A stretch of DNA of 63,364 nucleotides, counting the filler, from Octopus bimaculoides (taxonomy: Eukaryota): assembly GCF_001194135.2 (NCBI RefSeq). It is 7 parts of 5 records of this genome, joined end to end, with 100 filler letters (N's around TTAATTAATTAA, not from the genome) between each part and the next. Parts side by side here need not be neighbours in the genome. Positions count along the whole stretch, not along the records: positions 1 to 29,758 come from NC_068994.1; 6 more parts are not named here. One strand, given 5' to 3'. A model generated the notes under the pieces. That model saw only the letters and a program-made list of their open reading frames with translations. It did no database searches and was not told the origin of the DNA. The position numbers were made by a program, and so were the translations under genes. Position 1 is the first letter of the stretch. Each line of letters starts with the position of its first letter. Shown piece by piece: positions 1 to 11,742 of the stretch.

Positions 1-99
1 TATATATATATATATCAAATTAATCCCCCCCCCCAAAAAAAAACGGAGAAAAAACAAGAAAAAACTGGAACGCGAGAACGTTGTACATGCAAAGTATTA

Positions 100-695
100 C
101 GCACAATTCATACTAAAAAAAACCCTCAAATAGGTGATTAGAAGTCATTAAGAAAAAATTACACAAATTCTTTAAAAGATTTGGCCTAATTATTACTATA
201 GAAAACGAACACAACTCCATAAACTACTTAGACGCCAACTGCAACCTAGCCACAGCATTCCACGAACCCTACATAAAACCTAACACTAGCCTCAAATAAA
301 CGCATCCATTAACCATCCGAAATTTATTAAGAGAGGACTGGTGCTAAGCACGCCTCTCTTCCAACCAAGATATGTTTAACAAGTATAATGAAATTTACAA
401 TAGCGCATTAGATAAAGCAGGCTATAAGCAAAAAATTAAATATCTAGACCTAGACCTAGACCACTATGCAAATAACCGGAACAACATAAATGCCCAAGAT
501 GATATTCATAACACTAACCACACTCTAAACGAAACTAGCAACTACACCAACAATAAGAACAACATAGATAAGATTAACACCAATAATAACAAAAAGAACA
601 ATAGAAACAAACAGCCAACAATATTACAAACAACAGCAAAAGGAATACCAACAATGTGTAAGTTAATAAAATTAAGAATACTAACACGACCAATA

Positions 696-700
<5 letters not shown>
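100..700 (+). mobile_element. Penelope-like element, RT C-terminal (thumb) remnant, 5' part
   Basis: Manual translation gives KKLHKFFKRFGLIITIENEHNSINYLDANCNLATAFHEPYIKPNT...SSNQDMFNKYNEIYNSALDKAGYKQKIKY, which matches the PLE RT C-terminus. It has stops and frameshifts and runs into an Asn-rich linker. Confidence 0.85.

Positions 701-757
<57 letters not shown>
701..757 (+). repeat. (AAT)n microsatellite, left flank of the Dong-like insertion
   Basis: Pure AAT run seen directly. Confidence 0.98.
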
Positions 758-758
<1 letters not shown>

Positions 759-878
759 GGAAAGTTTAAGAGAAGAGGAGACACCGGGGAAGTTTAAGAG
801 AAGAGGAGACACAGGGGAAGTTTAAGAGAAGAGGAGACACCGGGGAAGTTTAAGAGAAGAGACACCGGGGAAGTTTAA
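758..878 (+). repeat. 28-bp tandem repeat (about 4.4 copies) GGGGAAGTTTAAGAGAAGAGGAGACACC
   Basis: Units start at 758, 786, 814, 842 (shortened) and 867 (partial). Confidence 0.95.
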
Positions 879-949
879 CATGTGAGTACGATAAATCACT
901 GCTCCGAAACTTATCCAAAAACATCGGAAATAAAGACATCGCATGGAGC

Positions 950-1316
950 CAAAAAATAGCTGACAAAGGGTTGGACTATATCCGTGTAAGTAATACTCAT
1001 TGAAATTTATTTCTATTTTTCCAAATATAATGATGTATTTTAACTTGATACCTCCACTACCCGAACAGCGATCGTAAACACACGTGTTACATCAAAATTC
1101 AGACCATCTCCAAACCCAGACACCATGTACAAAAAATAGCTGACAAAGGGTTGGACTTTATCCGAGTAAGTAATACTCATTGAAATTTATTCCTACTTTT
1201 CCAAATATAATGATGTATTTTAACTTGATACCTCCACTACCCGCACAGCGATCGTAAACACACGTGTTACATCAAAATCAGAACATCTTCGAACCCCAAA
1301 ACACCATGTACAAAAA
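950..1316 (+). repeat. Tandem duplication of about 180 bp
   Basis: aaaaaatagctgacaaagggttggact...gacaccatgtacaaaaaa occurs twice (about 950-1130 and 1131-1316) with few substitutions. Confidence 0.95.
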
Positions 1317-1917
1317 AATTACAAACAGATTAAATAAAACCGGTATTATTCCAGCCAAGAATAACAACCAAGAAGTACGTACTGTAAGCTTGTTACGAAA
1401 AAAGTACGAAGATATGAACGTGCAAAACAATCTGACAACAGAAATAAACGAACCGGTACCCTACGAAAACGATGACCGTCAAAATAAAGGGCCGGACGTT
1501 GCTCCTCATGTCCCGCAAACAAAACCAAAACGGCATAAATGGACACGTGAGGAATACATTTCGATCCTACACGCCTATTTCACAGCAGTGCTCTACCCAA
1601 AAAACGAAAACGCAACAATACATACATATAAAATATGGAAGAAAAATAATGTAACTATAGAACAATTCCTATCATAGTAGGTGCCTTAGGTATAATAAAA
1701 AAATATTCAGACAAATACATAACAAAAACACCAGGACTTACAAATATATATAACATACAGAAAATTGCACTACTGGTTACTGCACACATTCTACGCAAAA
1801 CACTTTCAATACAGTAAACATAAAAGCACCACAGCAAACCACAGCACATACCCAAGGTGCACAGAGCTGCGCTCGGTAGTGAAGTGAAAGCACGTTATAA
1901 AAATAAAACTACTGAAC

Positions 1918-1979
<62 letters not shown>
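1918..1979 (+). repeat. (AAT)n microsatellite, right flank/tail of the Dong-like insertion
   Basis: Pure AAT run seen directly. Confidence 0.98.
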
Positions 1980-1980
<1 letters not shown>

Positions 1981-3830
1981 CCTAAATATTAATAAGAATA
2001 AAAATAACGAACCCCTTAGAACCAATACAACCCTAGCAAAGAACGATAAAACCAAGCCATTTAGTTCACGTATACCGTATAGAAATAACCCCAATAACAC
2101 CGACACGATAAATGATAAAGATAAACACAACTATAGAAAGAAATACAATAACCATAACTACAACTTTACACGCTATACGAATACTGAGGGCAGTTTCTAC
2201 ACCAAAAATAACAATATTAATAATAACCGAAATAGAGATACGATCTGGCTAATAATCCCCTTCGCCATGCAGCTCAAATCTAGCATAGTTCGCTCCATAA
2301 TGAGACTCATGGATACTTAAATAATAAATATGCATCAATATTAAATAATGATATGCAGCAATATTCAAGAATAAAATTAGAGTAGGCCATAGCCTGACTA
2401 GTAACTTAGCTACCATCATAGCCTCGATAAATAATAATAAGCTAGCACGTTCTACGAAACTAGGAAAATTAGCAACATAAAACATAACAGCCAACCGGCA
2501 AATAGAATAAATCTCACCCCTAATGACGCGCCTTCAAGCAACACGGACAACGACCCGAGGAACAGTAGCCCCTCTCAACAGAACACTAGCACAGATAAAC
2601 TGAATATTTTATGTGGCTGCAGAGACAGAAATAAGTGTCAATTCTCTAATAGGTGTAAAACAAAAAGTGTAGTATACCAATGCTTCGTACTCGCAAATAA
2701 CCATACTAAAGCGTATATAGGAGCCACGAAGAACCAAATTATTTTTAGGTATAATTCACACCAATCTAGTTTTAGAAATAGAAGTAAAGCAAACTCTACA
2801 GGGTTTAGTAGCTACATCTAGGAATTAAAGGATAAAAAATCAATTATAGTTTAGAATGGCGTATTCTAGCAAAACCCTTGTCTTAAAACACCATCAATAA
2901 GCGGTGTGATCTTTGTTTAACAGAACACCTCCAAATATTAATGGCTAAACCGCTTCTACTCATCAGGAAATATGAAAATAAAGGATTTTGTCTACATATA
3001 AGCCAATTTGTCTTTTCTGAGTTTCGTTAAACCCGCTCAATCCTGTACACATCACCACCTCCTAACCTTAACCCTTCTAGCAGACCTACTTATCAGCGCA
3101 TTACCTCTCTTTAACCTATTGCTAATCTAACTAGCATACACCAATTCAAACCTACATTAAAAATAAATAAACAATATACCTAAACCATATTCTACGTTAC
3201 ACTACTCCAGACCCACATTATAAACCAGTAATTATATACCTATTCTACATCCTACGCTAGCCTATTTATTCCTATAATTCTTTTTTGTCGAGAACCACCA
3301 ATGCTACTTGCACGCAAATTTTCCCCCTTCCAACCCCTTTCTCTTTGAACTCTTCATAACTAAATATCATTACGGCAACAAGTCTTCCTACACGCTGGAT
3401 CGGACCGACGCTCGATTTATACCTTACACTTATATACGGCTTCTTTTATAAATACGAACAGCCTACAATTTACAACTTTCTGAGCCGGTTATCCCTTTAG
3501 AGTTAACTCCCTTGCATTACACCGCTGATCATCCCCAGAGTCACAGACACGTGGAAGCCATGCTATTAAATGACCACGAGACCACAGGTTCAACTCACTT
3601 CTATTCTTCTTCCACGTCACAACGGACTTAACGAACAGTGAACCTAACCATAATGTAGGACATTCGAACCTTTGATCATTTTCTTTTCCGATGTATCCCT
3701 CTACCTTTCGCTCTTCTCTACTTCGGACTTCTTCGTTCTGATGATGTCTACCATTGGCAACGAGGCAAAAATATTTATATTTTCCTCACCATGGTACACA
3801 GAAACGATCATAAACTCATTCTCACTCTCA
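1981..3830 (+). mobile_element. Penelope-like element, 3' part: linker, GIY-YIG endonuclease remnant, 3' UTR and terminal repeat
   Basis: RDTIWLIIPFAMQLKSSIVRSIMRL (about 2238), then CGCRDRNKCQFSNRCKTKSVVYQC...KAYIGATKNQIIFRYNSHQSSFRNRSKANSTGFSSYI (about 2611-2820). This is the Cys-rich linker plus GIY-YIG layout of PLEs. A hammerhead-like motif lies at 3738-3815. Confidence 0.85.
3735..3815 (+). ncRNA. Degenerate type I hammerhead ribozyme in the PLE terminal region
   Basis: CTGATGA (3738-3744), then TGTCTACCAT...ATGGTACACA (stem II with a long internal hairpin), then GAAAC GATC ATA. GTA is expected in place of ATA for the palindromic ACGATCGT stem III. Confidence 0.5.
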
Positions 3831-3908
3831 CCTTTCTTAACTAATTAAATAATGACTTCCTGGCGCAAAAGACACTTCTTATTGTCATTTTTCCTCCATT
3901 TCCTTATC

Positions 3909-3941
3909 GTCTCTCTCTTTATATATATATATATATATGTG

Positions 3942-3993
<52 letters not shown>

Positions 3994-4040
3994 CATACAT
4001 ACAGTAACATGTATACGTACACACACACACACACACACAA
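3909..4040. repeat. (CT)n/(TA)n/(TG)n/(CA)n compound microsatellite
   Basis: Seen directly. Confidence 0.95.
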
Positions 4041-4340
4041 AAACAAACAAACACAATAATGCATATATGTTTAATTTTCGTCAAATATGTCAGAAAGAAT
4101 CGTTATGGATACGATTTATTTTGAAGGCTTAGCCCACCAGTCATAAGAGAATGTGAAACGATGTCAAATGAGTCTCCAAACTTCATACAAACCAGATCGA
4201 ATTTTTTGACGGAACGTTTTCTGAAATCTGCGCCATTATATGTGATAAAGTAATCTATATATATATATATAAAACAAAGGATGTGTGTATGTGTGTGTGT
4301 GTGTGTAGTATGTATGCATTTCTATAGTTTTCAACCGATT

Positions 4341-4347
4341 CTCTCTC

Positions 4348-4399
<52 letters not shown>

Positions 4400-4485
4400 A
4401 TTTCTCTCTTCTCTCTCTTTTTCTCATTCTCTGTTTCTTTTGCTTACATATATTCTCACTCATCCTCTAATAGTTTCTATCTTTT

Positions 4486-4521
<36 letters not shown>

Positions 4522-4539
4522 TCTCTTTCTCTCTCTCTC
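4341..4539. repeat. (CT)n microsatellites bordering an assembly gap
   Basis: Seen directly. Confidence 0.95.
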
Positions 4540-5077
4540 NNNNNNNNNNNNNNNNNNNNNNNNNNNNNNNNNNNNNNNNNNNNNNNNNNNNNNNNNNNNN
4601 NNNNNNNNNNNNNNNNNNNNNNNNNNNNNNNNNNNNNNNNNNNNNNNNNNNNNNNNNNNNNNNNNNNNNNNNNNNNNNNNNNNNNNNNNNNNNNNNNNNN
4701 NNNNNNNNNNNNNNNNNNNNNNNNNNNNNNNNNNNNNNNNNNNNNNNNNNNNNNNNNNNNNNNNNNNNNNNNNNNNNNNNNNNNNNNNNNNNNNNNNNNN
4801 NNNNNNNNNNNNNNNNNNNNNNNNNNNNNNNNNNNNNNNNNNNNNNNNNNNNNNNNNNNNNNNNNNNNNNNNNNNNNCGTATGACCGCTATGGGCCACAT
4901 ACAGCCGATAAGCCTTTATTACTAACCAATGATATTTCAATCACGCCACAGAGTAGTCATGCGTTAGAAAAAGCTATCCTAAAGCGGCTCAAGTTCTTGT
5001 CACTCAAGCTATTTTCTTCAAGAACTTTATACGCTCAAACGGGGTTCGTAAGCTCTGTCTACAAATTGACTTCCTTG

Positions 5078-6086
5078 TCTATATATAAAAATTGTTTTGT
5101 CTGTCTGTTGCCTATTCATTCTCAAAGAGCTCGATCAAATCAAATAAAATTTTACAAGGTATCAGACCCCGTGAGTGTCAACATTGGCACTCGTTCGGTA
5201 TTACGTGTTAAAAGTGAAAGAATAAGATCTATATTGTAATGTCAAATGATATTGTTTCACTTTTATCCTTTCACTTTTCATTCTAAGCCTATAATATTGT
5301 TACACCATTATTCTTTCACTTTTAATTCTACTGTGATTAATAAACAAATAATTTATATCTTAATGTGAATAACATTACGCATCAGCAACTTTCCATCTTT
5401 ACCACCATGACAGCAGAATGGTGTCTCAGTGTATGTGTGTTGACTGACATAACGAAGGGCTTGAGGCGAAACTTTTGACCAAAAACAATTAGGTTGCAAG
5501 TCCAAAGTATATAAAAATACACATATACCGTTCAATTACCAGTTCATAACTATCGCAGCAGTTGAAAGTTTGCAAGGTATTTATAATTACATATTTACCT
5601 TTAAATTAATGGAGTCTCAATAGAGAAAAGAGATGAAACTTTCCCAAGATCAGCAAATGCATGTTGCAGCACGTCAAATGGAGTCTCAAGGGAGAACGCA
5701 GAAGAGACTTTCGCAAGATCAGCAAAAGCAAACTGCAGCACGTCAAATGGAATCTCAAGACAAGTGAGATGTGACTTTCCCAAGATCAGCAAAGGCATGC
5801 TGCAGCACTTCAGATGGAGGTTGGTGAGAGAAGCGAGATAAGACTTTCTCAAAATCATCAAAGGCATGCACATATTCTCACCCCCAGTTTTCCATGACAA
5901 GTTAGGGCCCGGAATACTCTAAACGGACGTATGATATGTCACTTGGTCGAAAATAGCCCATTATTTACTCCACAAATGTTTTGTCGTCAATGCTGCACTT
6001 TCCCGTGTCACCTGTTTCAACATAACTGTAATATATATACAAACTACGCCATTTTAATCCAGAGCAACGCCGAGTATCTCTGCTAG
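5078..6086 (+). mobile_element. Non-autonomous Helitron
   Basis: 5' end TCTATATATAAAAATTGTTTTGTCTGTCTG. 3' end GCAACGCCGAGTATCTCTG-CTAG|T. Internal 69-bp repeats encode MESQ..R..RLSQDQQ.HAAARQ, resembling the N-terminal repeats of Helitron RepHel proteins. Confidence 0.7.
5610..5870 (+). repeat. 69-bp (23-codon) tandem repeat, about 3.5 copies
   Basis: atggagtctcaa...actttcccaagatcagcaaa...gcagcacgtcaa recurs at about 5610, 5679, 5748 and 5815. Confidence 0.85.
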
Positions 6087-6646
6087 TCGTTTATAAGTTT
6101 CAGTTATGTATTCATACATAAGCATTTCCACAATACTAGACCAGAGTGCGAGAAATCCTGTTCACTTTAAGAAATAATTATATCTACTTCATATTACTTT
6201 GAGTATTATATGTAATATAAACAAACATGTCTTTTAGGTTACAGTGGATTTCAACACTCAATAGAATTAATAGGTCATAAGGAACACTAGCATTCATCTT
6301 ATAAACCATAGAATGTAAGGCCTCGGATCAAAACTGAAGGACTGTAAGAAGCAACATTTTTATATACGTATTTCTACGCTACTAATAATAAATATTATAT
6401 TATTCTCTGCTTTGTTTCATTTCTTTTATTTAAAATGTACTTCTAAATAAATATTTTAAGCAAATATGTTCATTCATATCACAGACTAATACAAAAGATT
6501 GTGGTAGGTGGGGAATGAGTTACTGTTTTATCCCTCAAAAGTTGAACGAGAACGTTATACTGGAATCGATTCAATCGACAGTACAACTTTACTAGAAATC
6601 TATCGCCTTGTACAAAAGTTTTAGATTATTATTACAGACCAACTTC

Positions 6647-6765
6647 AGGCGGTGAGCTGGCACAAATCCTTAGCATGCCAGAAAATGTTCTGAGTTCAAA
6701 TTCCGCCGAGGTCGACTTTCCCTTTGATCCTCTCGGGATCGATAACATAAGTACGAGTTAAACAC
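6647..6765 (+). mobile_element. tRNA-derived SINE (octopus family, internally deleted)
   Basis: aggcggtgagctggc...gagttcaaattccgccgaggtcgacttt; the same family recurs throughout the window. Confidence 0.85.
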
Positions 6766-6844
6766 TTAGCTCCTACACCGAAGGATTTAGTTGATAGTCA
6801 GGTCCGCCCCACGCGACAGCAGGTGTTCGACATAAACCCACAGG

Positions 6845-7132
6845 TCATATCTGTCCTATTGGCCTTAATTTCTCTATCTGTGTGTATTGGCATATCCCAG
6901 AGTATGGTTGCTTTCTCGTTTTCTGTGACCTTTTCTGGCGTGTGCCTATACCATCTTTTTTCTGTTGTTATTCCATAGTGTTGGCATAGCTTCCAGTGTA
7001 TATAGGTCCCAGCTCTGTTGTGTCTGTGAATATATTCCTTCTTAGCCAGGACTGGGCAGCCAGAGATATGATTTATTGTTTCTTGTCCATCTCCAAATAT
7101 TCTGCAGTTACTTGTTATGTTTCTTTTTGTCC
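6845..7132 (-). mobile_element. R4/Dong-clade LINE fragment (CCHC finger and RLE start)
   Basis: The minus strand translates to CPVLAKKEYIHRHNRAGTYIHWKLCQHYGITTEKRWYRHTPEKVTENEKATILWDMPIHTDREIKANR. It abuts the (AAT)n at 7133-7214. Confidence 0.85.
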
Positions 7133-7133
7133 A

Positions 7134-7214
<81 letters not shown>
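7133..7214. repeat. (ATT)n microsatellite
   Basis: Seen directly. Confidence 0.98.
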
Positions 7215-7215
<1 letters not shown>

Positions 7216-7216
<1 letters not shown>

Positions 7217-7710
7217 AGAACTCAGCTTATTTTGCTCATCAGCTTCTTCAAGTATCGCTTGAAGAGGAAGGTAAGAGTAGAGAGGGAAGTTCTGTCTACT
7301 GAATGCTTCAAGAAAAGATGGGTGAATGTAACAAGGATGGCACGTGTGAATATGACGGAGCTACCTTGAGCATAACCCTATAAACCAGAAAAAAAAAGGT
7401 AAAAAGAGAGTCACTTACTGTAATGTGTTTTTCTGCATGACATTATTGGCCAAGGTTACCGTGGTCCTTTCCGTAGGCTTTTCTTCCCACGGATAAACCT
7501 AATCTGTTTCCCCCTTTACACTTTACATCATGACATTTCTGTGATACACGATCCCTGTTGATCATTCTTTTTTTACGATCCCTTTTGATCGAAAATCTAC
7601 CCCCTCCCCTTTTTGTTTCTTCCTTCCCTCTCCTCCCCAAAAAGAAAAGCTCTACTTTGTAACTTGTCCCCTCTGTGTTCAGCCCTGTGTGGCTAATAAA
7701 GAAACATATC
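7216..7710 (+). mobile_element. Tx1/L1-clade LINE 3' end
   Basis: LISFFKYRLKRKVRVEREVLSTECFKKRWVNVTRMARVN resembles a Tx1 ORF2 C-terminus. A 3' UTR follows and ends at AATAAA GAAACATAT. Confidence 0.65.
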
Positions 7711-7719
7711 TATCTATCT

Positions 7720-8102
7720 GACACTTATTCTGTCTGCATCTCTCTCACACACACTCTTTCTGTCTCTCTCTCTCGGCAAATACCTGTCGATGTTTCCTAC
7801 AGTTGAAAGGATAGGTACAAAGAAAAAGAAAAATAAAAGGTGTTAAGCAGAAGAGGTATTGTGGAAGTGAGTAGCAAAGCGAGAGAGAAGAGGGACAGAG
7901 GAAGAATGAGAAAGAAAGAGAAGGGGTGGTGCGTGAAATGAAGATAGTATGGTCCCTATTTAAAGATGCTTACATTCTTCATATTTCGTACAATTTCCCA
8001 GGGCCCTGCTTATACATAATTATTTGATAGTTATTAAATGAAGTCACTATTTACAGATGCTTACATTTTTGTTTGCCGTGAAATTTTCACGGGTCCAGCT
8101 AG
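7720..8102 (+). mobile_element. Helitron 3' terminal fragment
   Basis: Subterminal hairpin CCGTGAAATTTTCACGG followed by CCAG-CTAG|T at about 8078-8103. The 5' boundary is uncertain. Confidence 0.55.
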
Positions 8103-8869
8103 TTATTATTATTATTATTGTTGTTCTTAAACTTAGAAAGCCGAAAGTCAATACTAACTGCTTCTAGATATGTATCCTAGTATTTCTAAGTTTCTACCAA
8201 AACGTCATCCCCAGTCCTTGTTTCTTTTTATTATATTTTATGAAGCTGAAGATGTGATTTATGAATGTTTCCCAAGGACATTAATAGTGTAAATGTACAT
8301 AAATGTACAAGCCTCGACTGAGAATCGACACCAAGTTACGGTTATATTCGCCAAAAACTTGTTTAGATACTGTTTGACTGTTATTCCCTTTGATTTGTTT
8401 CAAAACAATATGCAAGAAATTATTATTACAGAATTACTTTCCTCTCTCGCATTTTGTATATGGAATATATCCACAGTTGTTTGCGCATGTAAAGAGAGTG
8501 CACGTTTTAGTGCAAGAAGAAAAGAACTAAAATATTTGAGCAATGGGTGGCTCCATAGAATATTTTTTTTTCTACATTTAATCGTAAGCACTGCAACCAA
8601 AACCATTGAAACAAATGCCAGGAAAATGTGAATGCATTGACGATGATAGGTTAGAAAAACTTTTGCTGGGCGAGATGTTCAAAGCTTGAAATAACAATGC
8701 AGTTGAAGAGCTGCAGGAGAAAGAAAAAAAAACTTTTGTATGTATTAATATTCTTTGTTGATAAATATCTATTCATTTATTGCATTTAAATTTATTGTCA
8801 TTTTTACTGCGAAATTATAAAAGATTAAAAGCTACCGACTAAACAATTCTTGAAAGTATACATAAATCA

Positions 8870-10020
8870 AAGAATGTGTTCAAAAACACGCGTCTGACAT
8901 GTGACGTGATAAATTAATGTGCAACTCTTCGCTCGTTATTTGAGCATGTTAACAAGGATTTTTCTCCATAAAAATCTGAAGGTATGTCCGGGGTTGATAT
9001 TCATCACAGGCTTTCACTACAATACGGGGCAGTGCTCTGCCGCGTAGAAGTGTATATGAGTGAATCGAGAAATTTTAAATGGCTTGGCCGGACAAGTGTA
9101 TAGCACGGAGAGGGAGCTGAATGCCCATCAATCTCTACCACTGATGTGAAGATTCAACAAACCCGAGAGATAGTTCTGGCGAATCGACGAGTGACCATTA
9201 ACGAGGTGACATGTTCTCTGCAAATTAGTCATTGTCCTAAATACGAAAGCATCCGCGACAAGCTTCGCTTCTGTAAAGTCTGTGTTAGATGGGTACCAAG
9301 AGCACAATCGTATGGAGATTTGCCAACAATTACTCGACCGCTAGAACAATGCAGATGAGGCTTTTTTTAGACATAACAGTCACAGGAGATTAATCCTGAA
9401 TCCTTCACATTGAGCTAGAATCCAAAAGGAGTGGAAAGACCCGGAATCACCAGCTCAAATTCGAACCGTCCGCAGAAAAAGTGATGGTAACTGTTTTGGG
9501 GGATGCAAAAGGATCTATACTGGAACATTACCCGGAAAAGGGGTCTGCAGTCCACAGTGTAGTTACAGAAAAATGCTGGCCAACAAACTGAAAGCAGCAG
9601 TTCGCAACACATGCCGAGTCTTTTGTCAAATCAAGTGTTATTATTGCACAACAATGTACGTTTAAACCATTGAAAAAATGGGTTTCCAGTTGCTGAAACA
9701 TTCTGCATACGGTCAAGATCTCACCCCATCCGACTATCACTTATCGGGATCACTCAAACATCCTTTACGAGGTCATTTACTACGGGATTTGCTACGAGGA
9801 TTTACTACGGACGAATAAGCGCAGGAAGCGGTGCAGAAATGACTGTGCGACCAGCCGAAAACTTTCTTATCCGATGGAATAAGCAAGCTTGTGGATTACT
9901 GGAAGAAGCGCATCGGAAAACAAAAATGCAATGTCGAAAAATGATGTAATTGTTCACTCCTGCTTTGGTTTAATAAATAACAGAAACAAGAGTAAGCATT
10001 ATTTTTTACTTACCCTCGAA
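8870..10020 (+). mobile_element. Decayed mariner (DD34D) transposon
   Basis: TTDVKIQQTREIVLANRRVTINEV...CKVCVRWVPR, later KVMVTV..DAKGSI and HP..SPDL-like stretches, and a 3' TIR-like ttacttaccctcg at about 10005-10018. Confidence 0.85.
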
Positions 10021-11264
10021 CTAATCTACACAGATTAATGAAGAGAGAAACCGAACTCGGCTTTAAATACAAATATAAATATTCATTTTCATAGTTTTAA
10101 ATGACATTTAAGCATTCGATATTTGGTAGGATTGGTCAACATCACGGAGACAAATATCTTATGTCACCGATTAAATATTTCGCGATATTTTGAACCAACT
10201 TTAAGATACTGTTTCAAAATTAACATTCAAATAAACTCACGATCAGGAGCAATTAACAATGAATTTACTTCATTTTAATAAGTTTGTAATTTTCGAATGC
10301 TTAAGTTTTCATGGGGAGAATCATAACTGATAAAACCTATAAACACACCGGTTGTCTTTCGTGCACTTCTCTATATTTTTCAGAATAGTCACAAAAAGTA
10401 TTTCTCGCTACACTCATTTGCAGCTTTCTCAATGGCAATATATTTTCTCTTTTAAAAGTTTTTCACTTTATATCTGATTTTGTTTTTGTTCTTGTTATAG
10501 TTGACGCTGTTAAATTCCTCAGGTTGTAAGTATCTGGAAGGATAACAATTGTTTATTTAAATCGTTTATAGGCTCTATCAATTATGACTCTTCCCAATAT
10601 AATCATATTGGTTTCATCACATGGTTTCAGATCGAAACTGTTTTGAAGTTTTCTCCATTCGAGATGAAACGTCGGTGCTGTTCCCCGGCCTTAACAGATG
10701 CAATAGCTATACACAATCAGATCTACAGAATAACACTACCCCGACTTTTGTAAAATTATATGGCTTGTGTAGACTTTATAACGCAAGAGTAAAAATGTGT
10801 AGAAATGGCAAAATCGCAATAAGATTTATTATTTATGACAACACATAGGTAATCAATGTGTCAGTTCACTTTGATGCCTGAAAATCAACAAAAACTTGTA
10901 TGGAGGTGGATAAAAGGTGAAACTCAAAGTAATAAATAAAATTCCTGTAACTAGATTTTCGTTGTCTTTATGATTTAGCTCTCACTAGTCCTGTTGGATA
11001 AAATGAAACCAGAAATAGGTTTATTCATTTTATATGAGCTAACAGCCTCATCTTAAGTAGTTGCTACATAAGCTAAATAAGAAATCATGATCTAAATTGG
11101 AAAAATTGATCTATAATATCAAGGTTGAATTTATATATTTTATTGTAGCGTATACAGGTGACATGAAATTCAAATTTATTTTTGCTATCAATGTAGACAT
11201 AACGAATTAATCAAAATCATCCAAACCTGCTGTTTAAATTGTATGGTTCAAATGTACCGAAAAC

Positions 11265-11420
11265 AAAAGTCAAAGACAGGCGAGAGAACAACAAGCAAGT
11301 GTATTACTTTGACGCCTGGGAAGAATGGAAAATTATTTGACGTTCGAGCTTATGCTCTTCAACAGAAAGGAATAAGAGGGAAAAAATTGAGAGAGAAAGA
11401 AGAAAACGGAGACAGAAAAT
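11265..11420 (-). mobile_element. PLE terminal-repeat fragment with a minimal hammerhead fold (11336-11370)
   Basis: Homologous to 26255-26560. The minus strand reads CCTTT CTGTTGA A GAGC ATAA GCTC GAAC GTC AAA. Confidence 0.65.
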
Positions 11421-11742
11421 GTGTTCGGATGTTTGATCCTGCCTTACTGAATGTTCCCCTCTCTTGGACACTCATCTCTCCTACTTTCTTCTCGTACTTT
11501 CGTTATCTATCCTTATACTTTATCATCACTCCACCCGGATTACAATTGGGACTTTGCCCCTTTTCAGGCTCTACTATCATGGATCTTATTGTGGACTTTC
11601 ATTGATGTTTAAATTGTACATTCCATGAGAAAAGTTCTGATTACTAATAACAACTGCGCAGTAAAGTTAACAGTTGTGCGGACGTAATCATCAAACTCTT
11701 CGTGAATGTTTTATATTACATTATATGTTATATTATATTATA

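Larger units (their letters stand above)
758..1917 (+). mobile_element. Internally deleted R4/Dong-clade (RLE) non-LTR element
   Basis: An N-terminal motif KRHKWTREEYISILHAYFTAVLYPK (about 1525-1600) is fused directly to the RLE C-terminus TIPIIVGALGIIKK...IQKIALLVTAHILRKTLSIQ* (about 1660-1816). A 3' UTR follows and ends in (AAT)n. (AAT)n flanks both sides. Confidence 0.8.

Noticed and set aside
372-797. ORFs with poly-I, poly-N, poly-Y, poly-L, CV, HT, YI or ER runs, and long X-containing ORFs across the window
   Set aside because: They are translations of microsatellites or N gaps and show no gene structure.
758-878. CRISPR-like appearance of short tandem arrays (also 23948-24083, 47150-47400, 48674-48783)
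   Set aside because: The units are head-to-tail with no unique spacers, there are no cas genes, and the context is eukaryotic.
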